Of a DNA stretch of 64,000 nucleotides, positions 49,352 to 59,128 are shown in pieces. A program made the position numbers and the translations under genes. The stretch's first letter is position 1, and the number at the start of each line of letters is the position of its first letter. This DNA comes from Candidatus Latescibacterota bacterium (GTDB lineage: Bacteria; Latescibacterota; UBA2968): positions 1,760,001-1,824,000 of the forward strand of contig OZ242320.1 of assembly GCA_965208125.1 (NCBI GenBank), read 5' to 3'. Below the pieces are notes generated by a model. That model searched no databases and had not been told where the DNA came from. It worked only from the letters and a program-made list of their open reading frames with translations.

Positions 49352-51367
49352 ATGCTCCGTCTATCTGCCATAAGTTGTATTCTCCTATCCCTCCTCACAA
49401 CTGCACACACAGAAAACTATCACTGGCCCATGGATGCCCCCCCGGCATTGACATCGACCTTTGGCGAATATCGGGGTGGGCGATTGCACGCGGCCATCGA
49501 CTTGAAAACCTATGGCAAAGAAGGATATCCCGTAACAGCAGTAGCCGATGGATACGTCTGGCGGATCCGCACATCGCCCTGGGGATACGGCAGGGTGGTA
49601 TATGTTCAACTCGACAATGGCCTGTTCGCGCTCTGGGCGCATTTATCCGGATTTTCCAAACGCATCGAAAAATACGTGCAGCAAGAGCAAGACCGCCGCG
49701 GAACATACAGCGTAAATCTGTATTTCCGCCCCGATCAAATCCCCGTCAAGCGCGGAGAAATAGTGGGATATTCGGGCAGCACGGGCATTGGCGTACCGCA
49801 TCTGCATTTTGAATTGCGCGACGCGAAACACCGCCCCATAAATCCCCTGCTCCATGGATTTGATATCAAAGACACCATATCCCCAACCATACAGGCAATC
49901 GGCCTCGCACCCTTAAACGCAAATGCCCGGGTCAAAGGCGGACACAAGCCAGTGTCACATCGCCTCGCCTATCGAACAAAAGAAAATATCTTCACACATC
50001 CCGATACCATAGCAGTCTGGGGTCCCATTGGCATTGGCTTGAAAGTATTTGACCGCGCAAATGACTCGCAACTAACAAATCGATTGGCCCCTTACCGCAT
50101 GAGACTCCTGGTAAATGGCGAAGAGATATTTCAAAAAACCTGTGGCCTATTTGGATACGACGTAACCCGCCACGGAGAACTCGCCTATGACTTTTACATG
50201 AGCCGCCGCGGCCTGGGGCGATTTCACAGCCTGTATCGCAAACCCGGCAACCGCCTGCCTTTCTACGGCGATCACAAAGTGGGATCAGGCGTATTATTTG
50301 CGGGAACAAAAACCGACGGTGCGGGACATGAACTCTCGCCGGGCGTACATCGTCTGCAGATCATTGCCGAAGACGTAAAGGGAAACCGCGCAACAGCAAT
50401 CGTATTTCTCCGGGTGCAGAACGCGGATAGAATATTCCCCTCAAAAAATTCACCACAACAAAGCAGCACCCCGAAAATAACCAGCAAAATATCCTACTTC
50501 CCCACCTTTGCAGTTATCTACATCACAGCCAATCAGACACTGTCAGAAATACCAACCGTACGAGCACAACTTTCCAAACAATGGACGCGAAACCTCGCAG
50601 TTCAACAGACAGGTTTGAAAACATATCAGGTTGTCATTCCATTTGATGAAAAGCACGCCCACGACATAGACCTGCAAATTGAAACAGCCGGACAAACACA
50701 GAAACTGTGGATCATCCAGCAAACCGTCACACAAGATGGCGGAGAAATGCGCTCGGATGACGGACTGGTGCGGGTGCGATTTGAGAAAGAGGGCGTTTAC
50801 AAAACCTTATATGGACGCATAGTATCTGAAAGCCGGATAAAGGACAAACGAATGGTGGGAGCCGCATTTCGAATAATGCCCGAAGATGTCGCATTCAAAG
50901 GGGCGGAGATCGCGTTTATCTACCCTCCTGATCATCCCAATATAGACAAACTCGGCATTTACAAATGGAATGGAAAAAATAGCTGGACTTTTATCGATAA
51001 GGAACGCGATTCAAAGACAGGTGCTATAACGGGAAACGTGAGAAACTTTGGTGTATTTGCATTGCTCGCCGACACTGTACCCCCCAGAATTGCCAGCATA
51101 ACCCCTGCCAACGGCACAGCACTCACACAGCGCCAACCCAGAGTTGCAGCTTCTGTGTGGGATACCTCTTCGGGTATTTGGCGAGAGGAAGATATGGTGA
51201 TGCGCATCGACGGCAAAGCTCTCATTGTAGAATATGACCCGGAAGAAAATCGCATCTTTGCCAAACCGCGAAAACCCCTGACACCCGGAGCGCATAAACT
51301 GGAAGTCATCGTACGCGACATCTGTGGCAATGAATCGCGACGCACCACCACATTCAGGATCAAATAG
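49352..51367 (+). CDS. M23-family metallopeptidase with C-terminal Ig-like domains
   Basis: Signal peptide, TFGEYR..HAAID, WAHL, PHLHFELR. Confidence 0.9.
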   Translation: MLRLSAISCILLSLLTTAHTENYHWPMDAPPALTSTFGEYRGGRLHAAIDLKTYGKEGYPVTAVADGYVWRIRTSPWGYGRVVYVQLDNGLFALWAHLSGFSKRIEKYVQQEQDRRGTYSVNLYFRPDQIPVKRGEIVGYSGSTGIGVPHLHFELRDAKHRPINPLLHGFDIKDTISPTIQAIGLAPLNANARVKGGHKPVSHRLAYRTKENIFTHPDTIAVWGPIGIGLKVFDRANDSQLTNRLAPYRMRLLVNGEEIFQKTCGLFGYDVTRHGELAYDFYMSRRGLGRFHSLYRKPGNRLPFYGDHKVGSGVLFAGTKTDGAGHELSPGVHRLQIIAEDVKGNRATAIVFLRVQNADRIFPSKNSPQQSSTPKITSKISYFPTFAVIYITANQTLSEIPTVRAQLSKQWTRNLAVQQTGLKTYQVVIPFDEKHAHDIDLQIETAGQTQKLWIIQQTVTQDGGEMRSDDGLVRVRFEKEGVYKTLYGRIVSESRIKDKRMVGAAFRIMPEDVAFKGAEIAFIYPPDHPNIDKLGIYKWNGKNSWTFIDKERDSKTGAITGNVRNFGVFALLADTVPPRIASITPANGTALTQRQPRVAASVWDTSSGIWREEDMVMRIDGKALIVEYDPEENRIFAKPRKPLTPGAHKLEVIVRDICGNESRRTTTFRIK

Positions 51368-51369
51368 CC

Positions 51370-52056
51370 ATGATGATTCCCCTCAAAGACGAAACCCCTT
51401 CTGGTCGTATCCCCGTATTGATGATCGGCATTTTGCTGACCAACGTGGGCATCTTTGTGTACGCCTGGTTATTGGGTGACATTGGATTTCATGTACTCAA
51501 CGCGCGATATGGGGCAATCCCCTTTGAAATAATGCAAGGCGTTGACGCGATCTCTCCCACACCCATCCCAATATATCTCACGCTATTATCGTCGATATTT
51601 ATGCACGGCGGCATATTACATCTGGGCGGCAACATGCTGTATTTGTGGATCTTTGGGAACAATATAGAAGCGGCACTGGGGCATGCGCGATTCTTATTTT
51701 TCTATTTATTTTGCGGAGTAATAGCAACACTATCACATGTGATATCCGAACCGGAATCCACCATACCAATGGTGGGAGCCAGCGGTGCGATTGCGGGAAT
51801 ATTAGGAGGCTATTTGGCGGCATATCCCGGCGCGCGAATACTGGTACTCGTATTTTATTTTATCCTTCGCGTACCAGCCCTGATCGTACTCGGTGGCTGG
51901 TTTGTCATTCAATTGCTCAACGCCTCAAGCGCCAGCAGCACAAGCGACGTGGCCTGGTTCGCCCACATCGCCGGATTTGTCGTGGGCTATGTGCTCATGC
52001 GGCAATGGAAGAACAAAATCCCGGCCAAAAGAGTATATGAGCAGTGGGAGTATTAA
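51370..52056 (+). CDS. Rhomboid intramembrane serine protease
   Basis: FMHGG..HLGGNM, VGASGAIAG, VAWFAHIAG. Confidence 0.93.
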   Translation: MMIPLKDETPSGRIPVLMIGILLTNVGIFVYAWLLGDIGFHVLNARYGAIPFEIMQGVDAISPTPIPIYLTLLSSIFMHGGILHLGGNMLYLWIFGNNIEAALGHARFLFFYLFCGVIATLSHVISEPESTIPMVGASGAIAGILGGYLAAYPGARILVLVFYFILRVPALIVLGGWFVIQLLNASSASSTSDVAWFAHIAGFVVGYVLMRQWKNKIPAKRVYEQWEY

Positions 52057-52110
52057 CAGCGGATCAGGATGATCGGGATTAAAAGATGATCAGGATATTT
52101 CTCAGCGGTC

Positions 52111-52145
52111 AAAAAAAGTGGCGTGCTAAAAGAAAGAGCACGCCA
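52111..52145 (-). terminator. Intrinsic terminator
   Basis: TGGCGTGCT..AGCACGCCA stem with T7 on the minus strand. Confidence 0.75.
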
Positions 52146-52254
52146 TTGTCGTATCAATGATACGACAATCTCGGATTGCCAAACGCTTCAACCAATTATC
52201 TCTACACTGTCGAGACAATTGTTGCGACAGTGTAGCAACAATCTCCTAATTTCT

Positions 52255-54618
52255 TCAATCAAGCCCCACGCTATCTACATCCCTTGGCGTCATCCCGGAT
52301 TTCCACTTTTCTATAATCGCGTGTATATCTTCGGGATTTTCTATTGGCGGGCCGAGGCGGAGCAGGTTTTCAAGCGCAGAAATAGCGCGAGTTGCGTCAC
52401 CCGACTCGTAAAAATAAAGGGCTATATCGCGATAGTGTGCGCCAACGAGTTGCCATGTCTCCGGGAAATCGAGCGCGTAGGGAGGCACGCGTTTTTCGAC
52501 TTCCATGAGAACCTCATAAGCCTCGTTGTACATACCCAGCCGAATGTACGCACGGACAAGCCCATCAAAGAGAATCAAATAATTGCTGAGCAAACGGCGC
52601 GCAACCGGGTCTTTGTGAACCGTGCTATCCGCAACACCGGTGTACCGATAGACCTCGAGCAAATTGCGTTTGATCTTTTCCTCCTCAAACTGCTCGTATC
52701 CACGGGACTTGACCAGTTTATACGCCATCCCCTCCATAGACAAATAGGGCTTCAAACCCGCCATATTGACATCGGGCACGGTCACGGCAAAATAAATAGG
52801 CCGATTTTCCCAGTTGTGTTTCACAATGCGCCATATCATTAAAGAGTGAGGCTCCAGAACCGGCACCGTCTCTCTGCCTCTGCCCGTAGGATACGGGACT
52901 ATGGGAAGATCCCCTCCCTCGAGTTTAAGACCTGCTACTTCTACGCCTCTGTCGTAATCCCAGGGAAGAGCCGCGAGCCAATCTTCAACCTCATCATCCT
53001 CGAGACCAAATTCAATACCGTACCGCTTCAGTTGTTTAATGTACCACGACGTCTTGATCAGACTGAGATTGACAATCTGAATATCGTTTCGCACATCCTC
53101 AACGCCCTGCAAGAACCACAGGGGATACGTATCGTTATCCCCATTCGTAAACAAAATGGCGTTTTCGTCACAGGTTGCCATAATATTATAGGCATAATCA
53201 TAAGGCACAAAATCGCCTGTGCGATCGTGTACGTGATAATTTTTCACCAGAATACCCGATGGCACCAGAAGCATGAGAGCCGCCACGAGAACCGCCAGCG
53301 ATCTGTTTTTCACCTCAGCGATAAGACCTGCGGCGCCAATACCCATCCAGATACCAAAAAATGTGTACGCTCCCACAAAGATATATTCGCGCTCGCGGGG
53401 TTCTGGATCGGGCATATTGAGATAGAGCACAAGACCCATGCCCATCAGGGCAAACATCGCAAAAAGGGAAGCAAAGCGTTTCCAATCCTTGCGCAGGTGA
53501 TACACAGCACCGCCGATACCGAGCGCGAGCGTAATCAGAGAAAAGTGAATGACCTCATATCGGCCCATATAAACATCTACGGCACGGCGAAAATGTGCGG
53601 AAATACCATCGAAAAACGGAAACTGCTGAAGAAAATATTTGATAAAAATATTAAACTGAAAAGCCCAGGGTTCGGCGCGGCGTGGAAAAACAAGGTGAAT
53701 CCCGTATTGCTGACGTCCCAGAAATGCCTTGAAATTCTCCCAGGTCTCGGGATCGTTCATATCAATCATGGGATTGAGACCCGACCGAATAAAAAGGGCA
53801 AAGTACGTGGAAAAACCCAGCGCACCGATGATAATTCCCAAAAGCCAGAATTGGGGATTGCGCCACGCAGGTCTCAAAATGAGCAACCCGATAACAACAG
53901 CACCCGTCAGGAGTGCAGCGACTCCGATGGGAAAAACAATAGATAAAAAGGGATAGAGGGTAAGACCCACGACCACAAGCACCTGATGCTTGAGTGGTCG
54001 ATCTTCCATCAAATCGGTAAAAAGCAGAATGAGAATACCGGGAATGGTGAGCAAACACTGGAGATGTACACCTGCGCCGAGTCCAAAAAGATAGGCAATA
54101 AAGAGCAAAAGGCGATCGCTATTGTGGTCTTTATCTGCGTCATCCCAGCGCAGAGCCACCCACACCGCCAGCATGGTAATACACATCGACAGACCATAAA
54201 CTTCGGCTTCGATGGCATTATTCCAAAAAGAAAAAGAAAATGCCGTGCTGAGGGAAGCAACCACACCACCGACCAAAATGGCGATTTGTTGGACGGTATC
54301 CTCGCGGTCGAGCCATGTGCAGAGCAAACGGACAGTACACAAATAGATGAAAACGACTGTGGCAATACCAGCAGCGGCCGACAGGAGATTCACGCGAAAA
54401 GCGATTTCCCCAAATGGCAACAGAGAAAAGATACGCCCCAGCAAAGTATAGAACGGCGCGCCGGGGGGATGGGGAATGCCCAGAGTATAAGCGGTAGTGA
54501 TAAACTCGCCACAGTCCCAAAATGCAACAGTAGGCGCCAGTGTTGAAAGATAAATAATAGTCGTGACAAAAAATACCAGACCAGCGACGATCCTATTGCG
54601 CTGTCCAAATTCGCTCAT
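52255..54618 (-). CDS. DUF2723/TMEM260-like GT-C glycosyltransferase
   Basis: FWDCGEFI, GIPHPPGAP, AIEAEVY, PREREY, FTNGDNDTYPLW. Confidence 0.9.
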   Translation of the reverse strand: MSEFGQRNRIVAGLVFFVTTIIYLSTLAPTVAFWDCGEFITTAYTLGIPHPPGAPFYTLLGRIFSLLPFGEIAFRVNLLSAAAGIATVVFIYLCTVRLLCTWLDREDTVQQIAILVGGVVASLSTAFSFSFWNNAIEAEVYGLSMCITMLAVWVALRWDDADKDHNSDRLLLFIAYLFGLGAGVHLQCLLTIPGILILLFTDLMEDRPLKHQVLVVVGLTLYPFLSIVFPIGVAALLTGAVVIGLLILRPAWRNPQFWLLGIIIGALGFSTYFALFIRSGLNPMIDMNDPETWENFKAFLGRQQYGIHLVFPRRAEPWAFQFNIFIKYFLQQFPFFDGISAHFRRAVDVYMGRYEVIHFSLITLALGIGGAVYHLRKDWKRFASLFAMFALMGMGLVLYLNMPDPEPREREYIFVGAYTFFGIWMGIGAAGLIAEVKNRSLAVLVAALMLLVPSGILVKNYHVHDRTGDFVPYDYAYNIMATCDENAILFTNGDNDTYPLWFLQGVEDVRNDIQIVNLSLIKTSWYIKQLKRYGIEFGLEDDEVEDWLAALPWDYDRGVEVAGLKLEGGDLPIVPYPTGRGRETVPVLEPHSLMIWRIVKHNWENRPIYFAVTVPDVNMAGLKPYLSMEGMAYKLVKSRGYEQFEEEKIKRNLLEVYRYTGVADSTVHKDPVARRLLSNYLILFDGLVRAYIRLGMYNEAYEVLMEVEKRVPPYALDFPETWQLVGAHYRDIALYFYESGDATRAISALENLLRLGPPIENPEDIHAIIEKWKSGMTPRDVDSVGLD

Positions 54619-54645
54619 AGTATCTCTACTCGAAAGTATAGGTTA

Positions 54646-55296
54646 TTACTCCGGAAGGTCTTCGGGACGCTCAATTTCAATATCGACAAATGTACCATCA
54701 ACTCTGGCCGTAACATAAAAAACTTCATTGCCTCGCAAGACCCATACAGAGCTACCTGTACCGTGCATAAGAACGGGTTCGGAGGGACCATAGGTATTGG
54801 GAGGCAGGTCTTCGGGTCCATAAATCTGCACATTTCCATACGTGGGATCCCATTTGAGATAAAAGAGACTATAACCCTTCAAAACCCACGCCCTGGCACC
54901 ACCACCCGCCATCATAACCGGTTCGGATCCTTCTGAATCCGGAAGTTCTTCGGGACGCTCGGCTTCCAGCCTCACAAACGTACCTTCGCGTTTTGCAGCG
55001 ACAAAATAGACATCATCACCTCGCAGTATCCACGCAAAATCGCCTGTGCTTTGCATCAGCAGAACTTCTTTGATATCCTCACCACCGATTTCCAGGGGAC
55101 CGTAAATCTGCGCTTGTTCAAATTCCCTATCCCACTTGAGATAGTAAATTTTATTTCCCTTCAAAATCCAGGATGTCATCCCGCTACCGTCCATCATCGC
55201 AGGTTCTGGCATAGCTTCATCCTGAGCAAAAACAGACGCGGGTTTAAAAAGTAAAAACAGAGCAAGGAGCACGTAGATAAAACGCCGATTAGACAT
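54646..55296 (-). CDS. Hypothetical secreted protein with an internal duplication
   Basis: RBS GGAGG and a signal peptide. Two copies of W.LKG..YLKWD..QIYGP..W.LRG..GTFV..ERPE.LP. Confidence 0.75.
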   Translation of the reverse strand: MSNRRFIYVLLALFLLFKPASVFAQDEAMPEPAMMDGSGMTSWILKGNKIYYLKWDREFEQAQIYGPLEIGGEDIKEVLLMQSTGDFAWILRGDDVYFVAAKREGTFVRLEAERPEELPDSEGSEPVMMAGGGARAWVLKGYSLFYLKWDPTYGNVQIYGPEDLPPNTYGPSEPVLMHGTGSSVWVLRGNEVFYVTARVDGTFVDIEIERPEDLPE

Positions 55297-55368
55297 GTGT
55301 GATCCTCCAGGTTGAGTTAAAAAAATTTTTAGACGAACAAATGTATGGGTTATGGAAGAATGAGTCAA

Positions 55369-55432
55369 GTAGGGGACGGCCCCTGTGCCGTCCCGAAGAC
55401 AGCAGCGGGCGACCACAGGGGGTCGCCCCTAC
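55369..55432. repeat. Inverted pair of GTAG-type REP elements
   Basis: GTAGGGGACGGCCCCTGTGCCGTCCC plus the reverse complement of GTAGGGGCGACCCCCTGTGGTCGCCC. Confidence 0.85.
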
Positions 55433-55462
55433 TATACACCCCAGCAAACCAAAAGTTCTACC

Positions 55463-55507
55463 AAAAAAATAATAGGCCACATCGGGCGAACCCGTTTGTG
55501 GCCTATT
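55463..55507 (-). terminator. Probable terminator of the sigma-factor gene
   Basis: AATAGGCCACA..TGTGGCCTATT stem with a nearby T-run on the minus strand. Confidence 0.6.
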
Positions 55508-55523
55508 GGAATAGCGGTCCGTA

Positions 55524-56381
55524 TTAATGCAAATAAGATTTCAGCGGACGGCTGCGCGAGGTATGGCGCAATCGCCGAAGTGCTTTCTCTTTAATCTGAC
55601 GCACGCGCTCTCGAGTCAATCCAAAACGTTCGCCAATCTCCTCGAGGGTAAGAGGCTGTTCGCGATTGATGCCAAAATAAAGTGTAATGACTTCGGCTTC
55701 ACGGGGGGTAAGGGTAGCGAGGGCTTTTTCTATTTCTCGTCTGAGTGCGTCATCGAGAAGAGGATCGTCGGGTGGGGGTTGCATACCGTCTTCAAGCACA
55801 TCGAGCAAATTGTTGTCTTCGCCATCTTTAAATGGCGCATCCAATGAAAGATGCCGGCTCGAAATTTTGAGCGTATCGCGCACTTCGAAATCATTCATGC
55901 CGAGTTCATCGGCAATTTCACCCGGGCTGGGTTCGCGTCCATACTCCTGTTCGAGACCACTCGATGCCTTGCCGATTTTGTGGAGCGCACCAACCCGATT
56001 CAGCGGCAAGCGAACAATGCGAGACTGCTCGGCAAGAGCCTGTAAAATCGCCTGTCGGATCCACCACACGGCATAAGAAATAAATTTGAAACCCTTAGTT
56101 TCATCAAAACGCTGGGCGGCTTTGATGAGTCCGAGATTCCCTTCGTTGATCAGGTCGCCCATCGAAAGGCCCTGATTCTGGTATTGTTTAGCGACGCTTA
56201 CCACAAATCTCAGATTGGCTGTGGTCAATTCTTCAAGAGCGCCTTGATCGCCCTTTTTTATTCGTTTGGCCAGCACGACTTCCTGATCTGCTGTAAGCAA
56301 CGCAACTTCGCCTATTTCCTGCAAATACTGATCCAGTGATTCGTCTTCACGAGCATAAGGTCTTTTAGATAGTCTTGGCAC
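55524..56381 (-). CDS. RNA polymerase sigma factor, short RpoD/SigA family lacking region 1.1
   Basis: [49 protein letters not shown] start after AGGAGAGG. Confidence 0.93.
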   Translation of the reverse strand: MPRLSKRPYAREDESLDQYLQEIGEVALLTADQEVVLAKRIKKGDQGALEELTTANLRFVVSVAKQYQNQGLSMGDLINEGNLGLIKAAQRFDETKGFKFISYAVWWIRQAILQALAEQSRIVRLPLNRVGALHKIGKASSGLEQEYGREPSPGEIADELGMNDFEVRDTLKISSRHLSLDAPFKDGEDNNLLDVLEDGMQPPPDDPLLDDALRREIEKALATLTPREAEVITLYFGINREQPLTLEEIGERFGLTRERVRQIKEKALRRLRHTSRSRPLKSYLH

Positions 56382-56589
56382 TTCGTCAACCTCTCCTTCT
56401 TTGCACAGGGGATTTGCGCAGGCAGATGAACTGTCTATCTTCCTGCAAGGATAAAGGACAAAGGTCTTTGAACAACAAAGGGAGAACTTTACATGAACAC
56501 CTCCTATCTTTACCCGATTACCAGTGCCAAATCCCTTCCCTTCTATTGGCACGGCAACGAGGCTCTAACTTCTGAGTGGGGTCAGAAGT

Positions 56590-56913
56590 CTAAGCTTTAG
56601 TCGTGCTGTCGGCTTCTTGTAATACTTTGAATTGCGCTTCCTGGTTTTGCAATTGCTCTTCGAGTTTGCCAATCGTCTCAATCTGATCTTGAACCGCTTC
56701 TGTCTGTGCCTGAATGGCGGCTTCATGATCTTTGAGTTCATCGTATATTTGTCCGCCAAGTTCAGTAAATGCATCGTGAATGGCGTGGCGGGTGCGCGCA
56801 ATATCGAGACGTGCGCGACCGAGTTTGCCCAAATACTCGGCTTTTTCCGCTGCTGTAGCCGCGCCATCGCGAAGACTCTGCTTGATTCTTTCCCAAAGAG
56901 TTTCGGTGTTCAT
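56590..56913 (-). CDS. Hypothetical coiled-coil protein
   Basis: RBS GGAG and LWERIKQ..ELGGQIY. Lies in the same strand cluster as BMC and sigma. Confidence 0.7.
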   Translation of the reverse strand: MNTETLWERIKQSLRDGAATAAEKAEYLGKLGRARLDIARTRHAIHDAFTELGGQIYDELKDHEAAIQAQTEAVQDQIETIGKLEEQLQNQEAQFKVLQEADSTTKA

Positions 56914-56929
56914 TGTGTTTGCTCCAGCA

Positions 56930-57385
56930 TTAAGCGTCAGCTTGATTTCTGTTTGCCTTGCGAAGTTCGGATAGCAATTGCGCTCGATTTGCGCGGGAAA
57001 TTTCCCGCCCTTGAATCGCAATGCCCGGCGTTTCACGAGCAATCTGGCGCAGACGATGTACGGGCAGACTTTCGAGATCCCTTTCGTTCGTTTCGTCTAT
57101 TTCATCCGTGTTTTCCATCAACCCAAAAACATCGACGAGGTCCTCGTGTGGATTGGGAATCACATGATGTGCCACCAGAGTGCCCACCTGTTGCGCCGCA
57201 TGCACACCTGCCTCGACCGCGGCCTGTACTGCGCCAACATCGCCTAAAAAACGAATCGAAATAATACCACCTTCTATTTGTTCAACAGCAGACAACTCAA
57301 CGGCCGCTGCTTTGGTTGCTGCATCGGCCGCTTCTGTAACGCCGACAAAACCCAGCGTTTCAATGAGTCCGAGGGCAGGTTTCAT
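56930..57385 (-). CDS. BMC-domain (microcompartment hexamer shell) protein with a C-terminal extension
   Basis: ALGLIETLG..AADAATKAAAV..GDVGAVQAAV..HVIPNPH. Confidence 0.92.
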   Translation of the reverse strand: MKPALGLIETLGFVGVTEAADAATKAAAVELSAVEQIEGGIISIRFLGDVGAVQAAVEAGVHAAQQVGTLVAHHVIPNPHEDLVDVFGLMENTDEIDETNERDLESLPVHRLRQIARETPGIAIQGREISRANRAQLLSELRKANRNQADA

Positions 57386-57685
57386 AAATGCTTATTTCCA
57401 AACAAAGAAAAGCGGCTACTCAAAACGCCATATGCGTATAGAACAGCCGCCGAACGAATCAACTCAACGGTGTGTATTTTTGGCAGAGAAAATGAAAATG
57501 GTGGTATGATCCAACGGAAGGTTCATTAGACTTGCCAATCTACTAATGTGTTGATTTATATGGATACCGCGAAAGTCAAAAGTAACAAATTTAAGGTCAG
57601 ATGTCACGCATTTTTTTGCACCTGAAAGTTGGCCTAATGTTCTTTATTGCAATATAGTTGCATAGCTTATAAATATATCCGCAAG

Positions 57686-59128
57686 TCACCTGCGAAAACG
57701 ACTCAGCCCCTCAGCAGTACCAAACCAGACATATCCGCCATCTCGAAGAACAACCTGTACCCGCGTGTGTGCGAGACCATCGTACATCGTGTAATGCGTC
57801 CACAGGTGGCGCGGCACATCCAGAAGAAAGGCTCCTGCGCCCGTGGCAACCCACACCTCATTGCTATCGGCCTCAATTGAAACGCGGTCTCTCCCGCCTA
57901 TCTCGGCGAGGGGATACTCGCGCCAGGTATTATCTCCCGGGCGGTATCGCACAACTGCTGATAGAGCTTCTGTAGCAAGCCACAGATCATTGTTGTGCAT
58001 AGCCAGCGCGCGTATCCTTCGTTTGGCAATATTATTTGCCACTGGTCGCCAGGTGCGATCCCCTCGGGCACATTGAAAAAGACCGCTCGCAGTACCTGCC
58101 CAAATATAATCGGGACCCTCAACCATAGCATTGATAACCGCGTATTCGCTACCCTGCACATAGTCGAGCGAATCGGCTTTGATATCCAGCATTGCCAAAC
58201 CGCGGTCCGAGCCGATCCAGAGGATATTGTCGTCGCGTGCCAGTGCCTGCACCCGTCCCCAGCGGCGGGTCTCGCGATACGTAAACCATTGTCCCGTGCG
58301 TCTATAATACCGCATCAAGCCATTATGGGTGCCAAACCACACATTTTCACCACCGGGTAATATCGTGACAATCTGGGGATCGTCGAGACCGATGATGCGG
58401 TTGGCTTCAAAATATTCCCACGTACTTGTACCAGGGCGATATCGAGTAATACCGCGCGCAGGTGCGCGATAGGTGTCCGCCCCCCCAATCCACAAAACAT
58501 CGCCATCGCGTGCAATAGCCGTAACATTTTCTTCCAGCGGACCATAAGTGAGGAATGAAAGCTGACCATCTATGAGTTCTGCCTGCCCCACGCCCAGCCC
58601 CCATGTGGCGATCCAGAGGTGGCGCCACGAATCAATCAACACATCTGTAATAGCATAATTGCGCCGAGGACCTATAACCTGATGGTCGTCGACATAATAA
58701 CCAAAGGGCGGAAAAACCGGTGGAATTTGGGAAACTGACCGGGGGGTGTGGAGATATGCAGGAGGCCTACCGCCCGGCATGACACTCTGTACGCCAGTGA
58801 GCCATCTGCCCACACCCGAAGGCGTTTCAAACCACAGGTCACCTGTATCTCTATCATAAGCAATTCGCTGCACCCTGTTATCCGGCAGACCATCGCGGGT
58901 TGTCACCGGAGCCAACCACTTCTTGGCAAACCGGTCATAGCGGCGAATGCCCCCGGTCGTCGCCACAAAAATGACCGTCGGGCTTTCCGCTATAGACGTG
59001 ACGTAATTCATGCTGGTAAAATTTTCCCAGCGGTCGCGATCATATCCGGGTGAAGGCGCAGAAATCAGGACGGTCAGAAGTGCGATAGAAAATAGCGCTG
59101 CACATCGGTGAATAACAAGCTTAAACAT
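57686..59128 (-). CDS. Secreted beta-propeller repeat protein (two-component regulator propeller-like)
   Basis: Signal-like N-terminus. Repeats such as DGLPDNRV, LWIAT.G.G and VWFGT..GL. Confidence 0.75.
   Translation of the reverse strand: MFKLVIHRCAALFSIALLTVLISAPSPGYDRDRWENFTSMNYVTSIAESPTVIFVATTGGIRRYDRFAKKWLAPVTTRDGLPDNRVQRIAYDRDTGDLWFETPSGVGRWLTGVQSVMPGGRPPAYLHTPRSVSQIPPVFPPFGYYVDDHQVIGPRRNYAITDVLIDSWRHLWIATWGLGVGQAELIDGQLSFLTYGPLEENVTAIARDGDVLWIGGADTYRAPARGITRYRPGTSTWEYFEANRIIGLDDPQIVTILPGGENVWFGTHNGLMRYYRRTGQWFTYRETRRWGRVQALARDDNILWIGSDRGLAMLDIKADSLDYVQGSEYAVINAMVEGPDYIWAGTASGLFQCARGDRTWRPVANNIAKRRIRALAMHNNDLWLATEALSAVVRYRPGDNTWREYPLAEIGGRDRVSIEADSNEVWVATGAGAFLLDVPRHLWTHYTMYDGLAHTRVQVVLRDGGYVWFGTAEGLSRFRR

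Noticed and set aside
49167-49373. 68-aa ORF with HFILHTSSFTLHPS repeats
   Set aside because: It is the translation of the 14-bp VNTR, with no independent coding evidence.
52145-52245. Possible mini-CRISPR (28-bp units, 45-bp spacer)
   Set aside because: There are only two units, they are too divergent, and no cas genes are present. Kept as a structured-RNA candidate instead.
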